NCBI GenBank assembly: GCA_002104945.1
Contig: MCFH01000038.1
Span: 124,001 to 188,000 of the forward strand
DNA length: 64,000 nucleotides
From: Piromyces finnis finn
Taxonomy: Eukaryota > Fungi > Neocallimastigomycota
Direction of reading: 5' to 3'
Part shown: one piece after another, positions 13,511-26,291 of the stretch
Layout: every line of letters begins with the position of its first letter
Position numbering within the stretch: the stretch's first letter is position 1
Position numbers and translations under genes: made by a program
Notes under the pieces: model-generated
Database searches by the model: none
Seen by the model: only the letters and a program-made list of their open reading frames with translations
What the model was told of the DNA's origin: nothing

Positions 13511-16251
13511 TTATAAAGAACAATAGGATGGAATACCACACCATTTTCCATTTTCAACACCCCAAGAACCTTCATCTGTAATAGCATAGACAGCACAACC
13601 TATACAACAGTTATATCCTTCTTTAAGAGACCAACATCCATTATTAGCAGCTGCATTTGAAAGAACGGAATATTTCTTACTGATTTCACTATAGGTGGAA
13701 ATACCACACCATGTCTTTTTAACGAAATCATAACCCCATTTTCCATCAACATCTTCAGCATAGACTTTTTCGAGAGATTCACCTTCACAACATGGATAAC
13801 CATGAACAGATACCCAACAGGTATCATCATCAGATTCATCACCTTTAATTTTTGAATTAATATTGGTATTAATATTTGAATTTTCTATAGTTAAATTTAT
13901 ATTAGAAGCAGAATCTACAGCTTGACTAGTACTAGCATTACTAACAGCAGTAGTTTCAGTAGTTATAGATACTGCATTATTATTACCTTCATCTTCTTCT
14001 AATTCATCGGCATCGTCTTTAGCTACATCTTCAAAACCAGCTTCTTCCTCTTCAGCTTCGGCTTCAAGATCGAAATCATTATTATCAGGATTTGAACAAT
14101 ATCTTACTTTATTTTGACATACACCTCCTTCTACACAAACGTTGTTAGTATCCATATAACAACTTTCAACTTCATCAGCAAGGTGAAGTTCACCCTTTAA
14201 ATTAGGATTGTTTGATACATCGCTGTTAAATTTAATTTTTGATACATTGATTATGCAAATGTATAATAATAAAAAGTTTTTAATCAAAATTATTATATCT
14301 TAGTTTTTTTATCAATTTATTTGCATTTAATGACTTTTTTATTTTTTTGTTTTCTAATCCTACTTACATATAACCTAAATAAGCTAATCTTTTAAGTGCC
14401 GTTGGAACACTACTAAATTTATTATTACTTAAATCGCTACACATAAAAAAATATTAAAAATCAATAAAAACATCATATTTCATAAATAATATATTAATAA
14501 CATTCAAACTTACAGGTAAACTAAATACTTTGATTTGGCAATGTTACTTGGGAAGTCACCAGTAAATTTATTACCAGCTAATGAACTATTATATTATAAT
14601 ATATTGTTTATTTTATGAAAAATATAGTAAATAATAAATATATAATTTTTTATTTTTTAAATCTATTAAGAACTTACAGCCATTCTAAATTTTGAAGGAA
14701 ACCAATGGATGATGGAATTTTGCCTTCAAACTTATTATTCGTTAAATCTCTGCATTTATTCATCGATAAAAATCACAAAAACAATTATAACAACAATTAA
14801 AAATCAATAATTGGAATTTCAAAGATTAAACACATATATAATCTATAAATTATTATATTTACAATTCAGATAATACTGAAAAGACACCAATATCTCTATC
14901 TAATCTACCAGTGAATTTATTATTATTGAAATATCTATTTTATAATGTAAATGTATATAAATATATAATTTTTATTAATGCATTACTATTTTAAAATTTT
15001 AAAATATTAAAAATAAATTAACGATGATAAATAAAATTTACCCATGTTCTAAAGTATACATATTATAAAATTCTTCTGGGAGATCTCCAGAAAATTGATT
15101 ATCTGATACATCACTATTTATATTGTTAAAAAAAAGAAAGGTTAATTTTTTGCCCCTTATTATTAATGCTTTGATTTTAAATTTATATATATATATATTT
15201 TTTTATTATTATTACAATGATTTAATGCTGAAAAGGTTGTCAAGAGAATGTGGAAGTTCACCGGATAACTGATTGGAATCAATAAACCTTAATGTTTAAA
15301 TATTGATGAGGTTAAATTTATACTGATATAAAGATTTTTTCTTTTTAATAATATCTACTACTTACAAGCCAGTTAAACTACCAATGTTTCCCAAAGATTC
15401 TGGGAATTCACCAGTTAAATTGTTTTTAGAAAGGGTTCTTTTTTATTTTTATTGGTATATAAAAATATTTTGTATTAATAGACTTTTTCCTCTATTATAT
15501 TAAATATATAAATTTGACTATTTTCTTACAATTCTTTTAAACTGCTTAAATTTTCAATATCCATTGGAATACTTCCAGTAAGAGCGTTATCACTTAAATT
15601 ACTTTTTTTATATCAAAAATTATATTTGTAATTAATAAACCTTTATATTTTAAAAAATTAGAATTTTTAAATATATATTACAGATATTCAAGTGAGGTTA
15701 ATGAAGTAATACAGGATGGAATTTCACCCATTAAACCATTATTCATAAGTTCTCTATAAAAAATAATAATAATAATTTTAATTATTAAGTTACTTTGAAT
15801 TGACTAATATTTTACTTTTAGCAATTGGATTAATTATTTACAATGATATTAATTCATTAAATTTGCAGAACTTTTCATTAATACGTTTATTTTCTAAATA
15901 TAAATTGGTTATATGTCTATTATTTTTGGAATATTATTTATATTTAATCAATAAATATAATAATAAAAATTAATAAATATACATTTAATTATCTTTTTTT
16001 TTTTTTTCTATTAGTGTTTTATATATATATTGAATAAATTACATTTTTATAATCTCGTTATTTTGATTGCAGTTAATAATTACTGGGTATTCAAAATCTT
16101 TATAAGCAGTACAACAATCATTTGTTCCTAAATTCCAGTATACGTCTATTCCATAATCTAAAAATATTTCACTTAAAGTGTTACAATCTTGTGCCGATAC
16201 AACACCACCAAGAATAGTTAAACCTGATAATAATAAAATGTTAAATAACAT
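13511..16251 (-). CDS. Secreted leucine-rich-repeat protein with two C-terminal fungal dockerin (NCDD/CBM10-like) domains, 12 exons, ~546 aa
   Basis: Exon 1 (16251-16043) encodes a signal peptide and a Cys N-cap (DCC...C). Ten phase-2 exons (75, 8x72 and 69 nt) encode LxLxxNxLxGxIP repeats. The last exon (14222-13511) has a Cys cap, acidic and S/T linkers, CWVSVHGYPCC...WGY...WCGI and CWSLKEGYNCC...WGVENGKWCGI. The spliced total of 1641 nt is in frame. Confidence 0.85.
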
Positions 16252-17271
16252 TTCTGTAACTTTATTGATATTTGAATTGATATAGATATAACCAGGTTAA
16301 AGATAGTAATATTTCCTAATAAAATTTATTGAATATTATTAATTACAATTAATAATTAACAGATAATTAGTAATTATTTTATCGAAAATAATACTTAGAA
16401 ACTATTTTATTTATAATATAATTTCCACTTTTTTATATATGCCATTCGACTTTAAATTTATTAATTTATTATAATATTTATTGCTACATGTATATTTTTC
16501 GAGTATAAAGTATTTGTTTAATAAATTAAAAGATTTATAAGACTATTATTATTAAATTTAATAATGCTACTCTATATTTTAAACTTTTTTAATATTGGTA
16601 ATATGTTTAAATTCTTTCCCTTTTTCGTTATTTAAGAGTATGTCTAAATATACTTACAATAAATATATTATTTTCTTATTATTATTATATTAAATATAAA
16701 AACAATTATTATTTTTTAGATATTATTAACAACACCTTTTATTAATTTCAATTCAAAATTATTTACATAAATTTTTAAATAAAGATTAAGGTTAATTTTC
16801 AAGTTTTAAAATAAAAAATCAAAATAATTTTTTCTAAATTTTTTTTCATAATCCAAAGTTTATTTAATAATAAATATAGAAAAAAATATGGTTACATTTT
16901 TTAATATACCATATATATTAAATTCTAATGAATTTAATAAATTAATATATGATTTAAAATTTTTATGTGCTATTTAGTCAATGTTATATTATTTCTATTT
17001 AATATTCATTAATTTACATTTAATTATGATTTATAATTAATATATTAAAATAAAAAGTTTTTTTTGTGTGATATGATATAGTATAACTAATTATTAATAA
17101 TAATAAAAAAACATTTAAGAACATCAAAACAATATTAGGATGAATTTTTATTACCATCTAATATTTAATAATAAAATATAAAAATATAATTATTTTTTAG
17201 TTTTATACAAAAAAATAAATAATATGTATTATTATTAATAATAATTTTATTTTATTTTTATATCATTTTTA

Positions 17272-17365
<94 letters not shown>
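17272..17365. repeat. (TAT)n microsatellite, ~31 units
   Basis: Directly visible, uninterrupted trinucleotide run. Confidence 0.95.
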
Positions 17366-19810
17366 GGCATTAATCATATATTCAATAATATAAAAAGTAT
17401 TAAAAATAGATTAATGATTATATTCTTAATATGTTTTGATTGTATTAAATTCATTACTTTTATAATATTATCAGAATTGAATCAAATAAATTATTCATTT
17501 TATTCTAATATAATAATTAATTAAATGGAAATTTGCGGTCAATTTAATTCAAATTATTTAAACTTTAATTAATAATAAAATATAGATTGTAATTTTAATA
17601 AATATTTATGGAATAAACTATTAAAAAATTATAATTAAATAATTATATATTAATTATCAATTTATTCAATAGTGATAGTTAATACTTCCCATTATTCTTT
17701 TTATTATTAAAAAATAGTTGTAAAAATACTATAAAATATAAATATAATAATAATAATAATTAAATTGAATAGTATGCAAAAATTCAAGAGCTAATGGAAA
17801 TTGAGTATTATGGGTAATTATTAATTAGAAAATTGAAATATAGAACTTTACTTGATATTATATTCTCAAATTATTAATTCAATTAATTCGAAACTTACAT
17901 ACAAATAAAATAAAATTAATTCATTTATAAAAAAAATTGGCATTTTACTAAAAAAAAGTGAAAAGCCATAAATTTATTGATTTGGAACATTTATAATCAT
18001 GATGTTCACATGATTATTTATAGATTTTTTGAATGAAAAAAAAAAAAAAGCACAAACAAATTGTATTGAAGAACAGAATTATTGTTAAAATGTGACGTGA
18101 AAGTAACAAAATTATGTACTACAATAAAATTGATATTTAAAATTTAGGAATAATTTTATATACATAATATTTTATATATTGAAAGTTATATATAAATTTT
18201 ATAACTACTATACAAGAAATTTGTAATGAGGTAGAAAAAAATTATTTTGAAATAAAATAGATCCATTAAATATATATACAAATAAAAATATATAATAATA
18301 ATAAAGAAAGAATTATGGATAATAAAATATGAAAAGATGGTGGATTAAAAACAATGAAAACAATGGAATAGAAAAAAAAAAAAAAGAAAAAATTTAATAA
18401 ATAAATAAGTTGTATTAAAAAATAAATTAAAAATATGGTAATTACTACTTAGTTTTTCCTCTATATTTTAATGAAAAATATAAAATTTGAATTTATAATT
18501 GCTAGGCTTTAAAAGTTTAAAATATATGAAAATGTTAAGGACAACTTTTTATAAATATAATATCTATTATATAGTTATAGCCATTACTTTTACTGAATTC
18601 ATTATTATTATCTTTATATTTAATTAATATAAGAAAAAAAAAATACATTCAATTTATTAAAAGTATTATTATTATGCTTATAAAATTTTATTTATGAGAG
18701 AACTATATAGAAAAATGATATAGATAATGAAAAAATTTGACACAAAAAAAAATATTAATAATATCTCTGTAAATTCTGTAAATGATTTAATCGATAAATG
18801 AAATAAAAAAAAAATAGTTGAAATATTATTTACTTAAATTTTCTATTATCTTTTTATTGTATAATCTCATTATGTTAAAAAGAAAGTTTAATTATAGATA
18901 GCACAAAACGTATTTATAGTTATTTATATAGAGTATGATAATTAATAATTAAATATTAGTAAACATATTATGGCGCAGTACATATATGTATATACAAATG
19001 CAAATGTAATTAATCATGTATTAATATAAATATTAAATGTAATCAATAGATAATAAAAAAAAGTCCTTTAATCAATAAACTTAATAATAAATGTTAACAC
19101 ATTACAGTAATATTTCAAAATTTTATTTTATATTTTATTGAAATATTTATTAATTTTTTTTAACTATTTAATTAACCTTTTTTTGACCTATTAATTTTTG
19201 TATTACATCGATTAAATCGAGAAATAGATTCATTATTTTTATTTTTTACAGTATGCCTTAATACAAAATTTTTATGGGTGTATAGCATATAGTGTGATGT
19301 GATAGTGCATATTATACCTAGATTTTTTATATATTATTTTTAATTTAATGAAGAGTTTATATAACAATTTATAAAATTATTTATTTAATAGATTTGAATT
19401 AATATTAGATAGTAAAGAAAATATATTAAAATTTTTCCATATAAGTTTTAAGTTTTAGATATATAATTTAAATTTTTCTTTCTTGACGTTTTTTCTGTAT
19501 GCATGATAATAATAAATAAAACAATACTATTACCTATTACAGAATGTAATAGTATAATATTATATAATATTAATGGAAGAAAGATGTGGTATTATGCTTT
19601 ATTGTATTAAAATGATTAAATAATATAGCAATTATATAGTAATATATTAAAAGCCAAATTTGAAAAAAGAACATAAAAGGAATAAATTTTGACTTTTTTA
19701 AAACAATTATTCTTAATCTGTATTATTTATATAATAAAAAAAACACTCATTGTAATAAAATACTTTACGAGAATTGAACGTCATATATAATATAAACAAA
19801 AAAAAAAATA

Positions 19811-21604
19811 ATGTCTCCGGAAGCTCCTTTACAATCCTTTCCACCAGTTTCTTCTACATTAAATTCAAGAAATCCTTTGGGTTATAATTTTGTATTAAAA
19901 GACTCGAATGCACCTTTCTACGGAAATCCAAGATATGATCTGTTACCTCAATCTCCAAATAATTTAGTATATCCATACTATTCTAATTTATATACAAACA
20001 GTAGTCTCTATCCATCAACGAATTACATAATGAATAATAGAAGTAATTTTATGGAAATGAAAAATCCTCTTCCATTGCTAAATAATTCAGTTAACCCATT
20101 TATTATAAAAGAAAGTCTCGCCAATCCTTTTGAAAATTTGTTAAGCTCACCTACTTGTCCTCCGGTTTTGAAAAGAAATCCATTATTATCAAATGAACTA
20201 AACTCACCTATTTGTCCTCCGGTCTCGAAAAGAAATCCTTTATTATCAAATGAATTAAACTCACCTACTTGTCCTCCGGTCTCGAAAAGAAATCCTTTAT
20301 TATCAAATGAATTTCATAGTAATGCTGAAATAAATAATACTGGGATAGTAAGTCCTATAATACTTTCTGAAACCAGAAATAATGTAAATTTAATTAAGAA
20401 AAAAGAAAAAGAACAACTAAAATATATATCTCCAATAATGTCAGAAAATATCAAGAATTTCGAAAAGAAAAAAAATGGAAATTTTGAATCTTTAACAAAT
20501 TATGAAAAACAATTATCAATTGAGGTTAGAAAAAAAGTAAATCAATTAAAAAATAGAACAAAAAAAGAAAGGCTAGAAAACAATATAAAGAAGGAGAATG
20601 ATTTAATTTATAATATAAATCAAAAATCAAAACAATACTATTATCCAATAAACACTAATAAAATTAAAAAAAATGTAAAAATACTTTTTTGATTATTGAC
20701 ATAATGTTTTTTTGAATTATAGTTAATTGAAAAAATACTAACATTTTAAAATTTATAATTTTATATATATGCTATTATAGTCATTCTCTAATTTGCCGCT
20801 AAAAGGTTCCTTTTCGATAATAGAAAACTCTAGTCCAGTACTAAACAACACCTACTCACCTTCATTAATTAGTACACCTTTACTTAATTCACCATGTTCA
20901 TCATCAAAATCATTTTCATATGATGATATCGCCTCTAATTCCACTTTCTCTGACGACCATCAGTATCAATCGTGTTTATGTTCAACTATATATTCAACTC
21001 CAAATACAAATTTGAATACAGCGATATGTTCAACCCCAAATACAAATTTGGATACAACTATATGTTCAACTCTAAATTCAAATTCAAATCATTGTGAAAG
21101 TCCAGCTGCTAGTGTAAGTTCTTCATGTTCAGACTCAATCTCTACTGTTATTAATATCTCACTTAACAAAAAACCCAAAAGAAGAGGCGGAAACTCAAAA
21201 GGTCGTAAACGCCCAAATCATCCTCACAAGGTTACAAGAATATTAAAGGAATGGCTTGCTAATAATTCATACCCTTATCCTTCTAATACTGAAAAGAGTC
21301 GTCTTTGCGACGCTACTGGTCTAACAATGGTAAGAAATTTATTATTAATATTAATTATTTTATAAAATAAATGTATAGGTCTATATTAACAATATTTCTT
21401 ATTATATTTTCCATTACATAATACAAATGTATTTAAATAATTAAATATTAATTATATTAGACTCAGGTATATATTTTAAGTAATTCTAAATTATTAATTA
21501 TAATAATATTTATTAGTACTACTTTACTAATTATTAATTATATACCAATTTAATAACTATAGCTCAATAACTGGTTCATAAATGCTAGACGCCGTTATAT
21601 ATAA
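19811..21604 (+). CDS. TALE-class homeodomain transcription factor with a C-terminal homeodomain; exons 19811-20674, 20781-21329, 21461-21466, 21563-21604
   Basis: [57 protein letters not shown]. PYP and WFINARRR are TALE hallmarks. All splice sites are GT-AG and in frame. Confidence 0.85.
20147..20313 (+). repeat. Coding tandem repeat, 57 bp (19 aa) x3, in the homeobox gene
   Basis: SP(T/I)CPPV(L/S)KRNPLLSNE occurs three times with near-identical nucleotide sequence. Confidence 0.9.
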
Positions 21605-22850
21605 TTTAATGTACTTTTAAAAAAAAAAAAGGAATTATTATTATATGTTTTTATAATGTACTATTAAAACCTTTCAATTATTTATGTATATTCATTTATT
21701 TATTTGTTCCTTTTTCATATATATACTATTTACTACATTAAAATATTGAATTTTTATATCATTCAAATATTAATAAATTCAAAATAAAAAAAAAACAATA
21801 TTAGTGTTTTAAATTTTTGTGTTTTTTTTTTAAAAAAAAAAAAGTTCTACATCTATATAATTATTATGAAAAGTAGTATTTATATTTTTTTAATTATTAA
21901 AAACCTAGAAAAGTAATAAACTTTAAACTTTTGAAAAGCGAAAAACAGATAAACTAAAAATGATAATAATAATAAAAAGTAAATCCTTTAAGTATTACTA
22001 AACAAACAAATTTTTTGTTTTGTTTTTTTTTTTTGTTTTTTTTTTTTACTAAAATAATTCTTGCTCTTTAAAGCTACATTTTTGGTAAATTTAGTATGTA
22101 ACGAAACTTCATACACCGAAAAGAAATATTCTATGTACAACAAGAAGAATATTACTTAAAATATATCATTATAATCACAATAACATTTAAATTTTCCATT
22201 CAATTTCCAAACCTTTACACATTTATTCAAAACATTATAAATAAAAAAAATTAAATAATATTAAAAATTAAGTATATTCTGGCGTTCACCGCAATTACTA
22301 CTGTAAATTCATTTGATAATATTTAAAAGAAGGATTTAAACATTAAATTTTTGAAAAGTTTTATGAAAAAAAAAAAAAACATAATACTTTTTTATTTTTT
22401 CTTGATCCATAATAAATTTACTTTATTTTTCTATAAAGGAAACTAGAGAAAAAAAGGGAGAAAAGATATTAAATCATTATAAATATTTTTAATAATTACT
22501 AATTTAAAAAAAGAAAAAAAAAACAGCACTAAAAATTAAAATTTTTTATGATGACAAACCTCTTTCTTTTTTTTTTTTTATTTTTTTTTTTTTAGAAATG
22601 ACTACCAAAATGGATTTAGCAGGATTTGATTTTGAATATCCATTTTTAATATTTATAAAAATTGAACATCATTACCAATACAAAAAAATATCAAAAAAAA
22701 ATTATAATTTATAATTTAAAAAGTAAAAATAAAAATTCATTATTACATTTTGAATGAAAAGCAGAAAAATAGAAAATATTAATCATCTTTCTTTGATTAT
22801 TTAATTAAAGAAAGATGATTAAAATAATAAAATTTAAAAATAATTATAGA

Positions 22851-23105
22851 ATAACACCGTTACATTATGCCTTTGGAAGAGGAAGCGAAAATATTATTTA
22901 ATACTTGATTGAAAATAGGACAGATCATATATAAATATCAAGGATAATTGTTATAAAGCATCACTATATTATGTAAATTATGCATATTTTAGAGAAAAAT
23001 AAAAAAAAAATAATACAAAAAAAGAAAATGATGAAGGAAAACTTGAAAAACCAATATATTTTGTAGATAATAACGAAGAATTCATAAAACTGGTAGTAGA
23101 TTTTC
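22851..23105 (+). pseudogene. Degenerate ankyrin-repeat gene fragment
   Basis: Reads ITPLHYAFGRGSENII*YLIENRTD (in-frame TAA at 22899), then after a frameshift INIKDN, and later ENDEGK...NEEFIKLVVD. These are ANK consensus pieces broken by stops and frameshifts. Confidence 0.55.
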
Positions 23106-26100
23106 CAAAAAAAAAAAAAAAAAAAAAAAAAAAGAATTCTGATGAATTAATATATATTAATTCATCATCAATAGATTATTTAATGGAATAAATGAATAAA
23201 TGGATATATACACCATTGTAACTAATTTCAAAAAATAAAAATAATTTTACTAATTAATAATAATTAAAATTTCAAAAAAAAAATGAATTAAATTCTATTA
23301 AATTAATTTTTTTTATAATTAAAATATCATATTATTCATATAAATATTTCTTGATATTTGTTTAAAAATAAAAAATTATTTAAATATTTTATGAATTTTC
23401 ATACTTTCTTTATCATTATTTTTCTTGATTCCTCATTATAAGAAGGTATATTGTTCATCAAATTCTTAAAAAGTAATCATTAATTATTTACTATCAAAAC
23501 CTATCTTAATATAGAAATCTAAAGTTTAAATAATAGTATTCAATCTTCTTTATTTATATTAAATAAAGTTTAGTCATATAAAAATTTTTAAATTAAATAT
23601 AAATTAAAAACTGATAACATTAAAGCTTATTTATTAATAAATTTTCATTTACTCATAATAAATACATAATAAATAGGCATAATAATAAAAAAAAAAATAT
23701 AAACTAGATATAAAAGGAAAATTATGTTAAGATAGAAATGTAATATTATATTTTTTTAATAATTTCTAGATCTTATTAAGCAGTCTATTTGCAGAGTTAG
23801 GTTATATTTTTTATAAATATTAAATATATCTGAAGATGGTTGAAGATGGTAATGTTAAAACTTTACAATAAAAGAAATTCACTTAAAACTTTAATGGATT
23901 ATAATAAACTATATTATGATTTTTTTAATAGTTGTAATATAAAAGTTTGTTTTTATTGCTTTTATTTTTTTTAAAAAAAATGATCTATTAACCTTTAAAT
24001 GAATATTGAAATATTATTTAATAAAGTTTATATCTATTACTATTTGTACACTTTTATGTTTTATGATAAATAAACAGCTCTATAGCTTTTTTTTGAAATG
24101 AAATAAAATTTTAATTGTTATTATATATATTAATTTTACCACAAAGAAGGAGAATTAATATAATTGTATACAATTATATATACAAAAAATAAACAATGTA
24201 TATACTTCACATCTTTAATTTATAAAACATGTACACAAGTTTGATACAGATAGTATGTCTCACTTAATACTACATTGTTATTTTATAATGTTTTTTTTTT
24301 TTCAAAAAAAAGATATTATTTAAACATGTATATGATCTATGTTATTGAAATTCTTAATGTATTCACTCGTATGTTTTTTTTTATTATTTCTTTTATAATT
24401 ACTCTTTCTATCTAAAGATATTATTTATTAAAGTTTATTATGTTTTTATTAGTAATATATTTTAAATCATGTATAATATATTATACAATTATATTAAATT
24501 ATTGATAATATAATATATTCATATAATATTAATTAAAATTGAGGGAAATTTAATACAATTAATTTGAAAAGTATGTGTTTTCATTATACTCAAATATATT
24601 ATAATATATTTATAATATATAGAATGAATGCTTTTTATAAATATTCTTTTGTATATATGAGAAAAAAAACATTTTTTAAACCACATTTTAAACAAAAAAG
24701 ATGTATGAAAGGGAATAAGAATAAAATGATTAATAAGTTTTTTTTTATTATTATAATAGAAAATTAAAATGAATAGGTGGTTATTCTATTTATTTATTTA
24801 TTATTATTAAAAAGATTAAATTCAATAATAAACTATCTAAAATATAGAATTTCACATCATTACTCCACTATTACATATAAAAAGTATTCATAAATAGATA
24901 TATATGATATAAAAGTAATTTTTTATTTATTTTACTGATAATTTCCTTTTATGATCATTCATTGATGAATTATGGTTGTTGTACTTTCGTGGTCAACGAT
25001 AATGTTTTGTTACAGAAAAATATTAGCATCTTTTTAATATATATTAATAAAGTTTATATTTTATTATTTTATGTTTTATGCTTTTTTTTTTGTGTGTGTA
25101 TGTGGTTGTGAATTAAAAAGATTTCATTAAATAGAATATATTGTAATATATTGTAATATATTGATAAACTAATTTAATTTATATTAAAATTTTTTATAGT
25201 TTTTTGGAATAGAATTTTAAATTTTAATAAATTAATATAATGGTTAATATTATATTAATATATTATTCTATAGTTCTATATTAATTATTCTTTAAAAAGA
25301 AAAGAAAAATGATTTTTTTTTTTAAATATTTATTATATATAATAATAAATAATTTATGTAATTACTTAAATTTAGAATCTATTAAATTATATTTCAATTA
25401 AACTGTTATAGTAGTTTGTTATAATAACAATAATAATAATAATAGTGTAGTATAAAGAAAAATAATTTTAAATTTCATTATATCTATATTATCATCATAA
25501 AAAAAACTAATTCTGTTTTTTTTTTTTTTTTTTGAACACTATTTTAAGTAGAATTTTAAACTATTCTTTATATTATTATTATTATTATTATTATTATTAT
25601 CATTATTAATTATAAATTCATTTATTTAACATTAAATTATTCCAATACGCATATCTTTAATAAAAATAAACAACAATTATTTTTGAAAAGAAATAATTGT
25701 TGTATAGAATTAAGAATAATTGTAAAATTTAAAAAAAAAAAAAAAAAGTCAATTATAAATATATATATTATTATTCAATTTAAAATAGATCTATAGAAAA
25801 AAAAAAAAAAAAAAAGAATTGTGTTAGAATCTTTTGAATTATCATATACATATTTAACACTGTATATATTAAAGTCATCGACTTTTTAACAAAAAAAAAA
25901 AAAAACTTTTTTTTTTGGCTATATATATAACACAATAATTAAATTATTTTCTTCATATAAGAAAAAAAAGTAAAAAAAGAAGCTAATAAAATTTTTTGCA
26001 GGCATTAAATGAAAAACTAAATTTGTATATCTTGTTTCTATATATTAAAAGGTATTTATTTTTCTTCACATTACAATTTTTATGCATTGATTTATAGAAA

Positions 26101-26291
26101 TAATTATTAAAAGTAATGGTCTTTATTAATTCACAATTCAAGAAAAATTTAAATGTTAATAAATATGCTCTTTTTTTTTTTAAATATATACATTATTAAA
26201 AATAACAGACCATTTATAAGTATTATTAATATATATTTAAAACAATTTAATATTTAATCTAAATTTTATATTATATTAAATATTTAATAGT

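Noticed and set aside
19811-21604. Homeobox gene as a mating-type HD locus
   Set aside because: No partner homeodomain gene or other mating-locus genes lie nearby; TALE class alone is insufficient.
24564-24767. Short ORFs in intergenic DNA (also 5933-6115, 38537-38737, 38895-39107)
   Set aside because: I/F/K/Y-rich translations of AT-rich non-coding sequence with no motifs or splice support.
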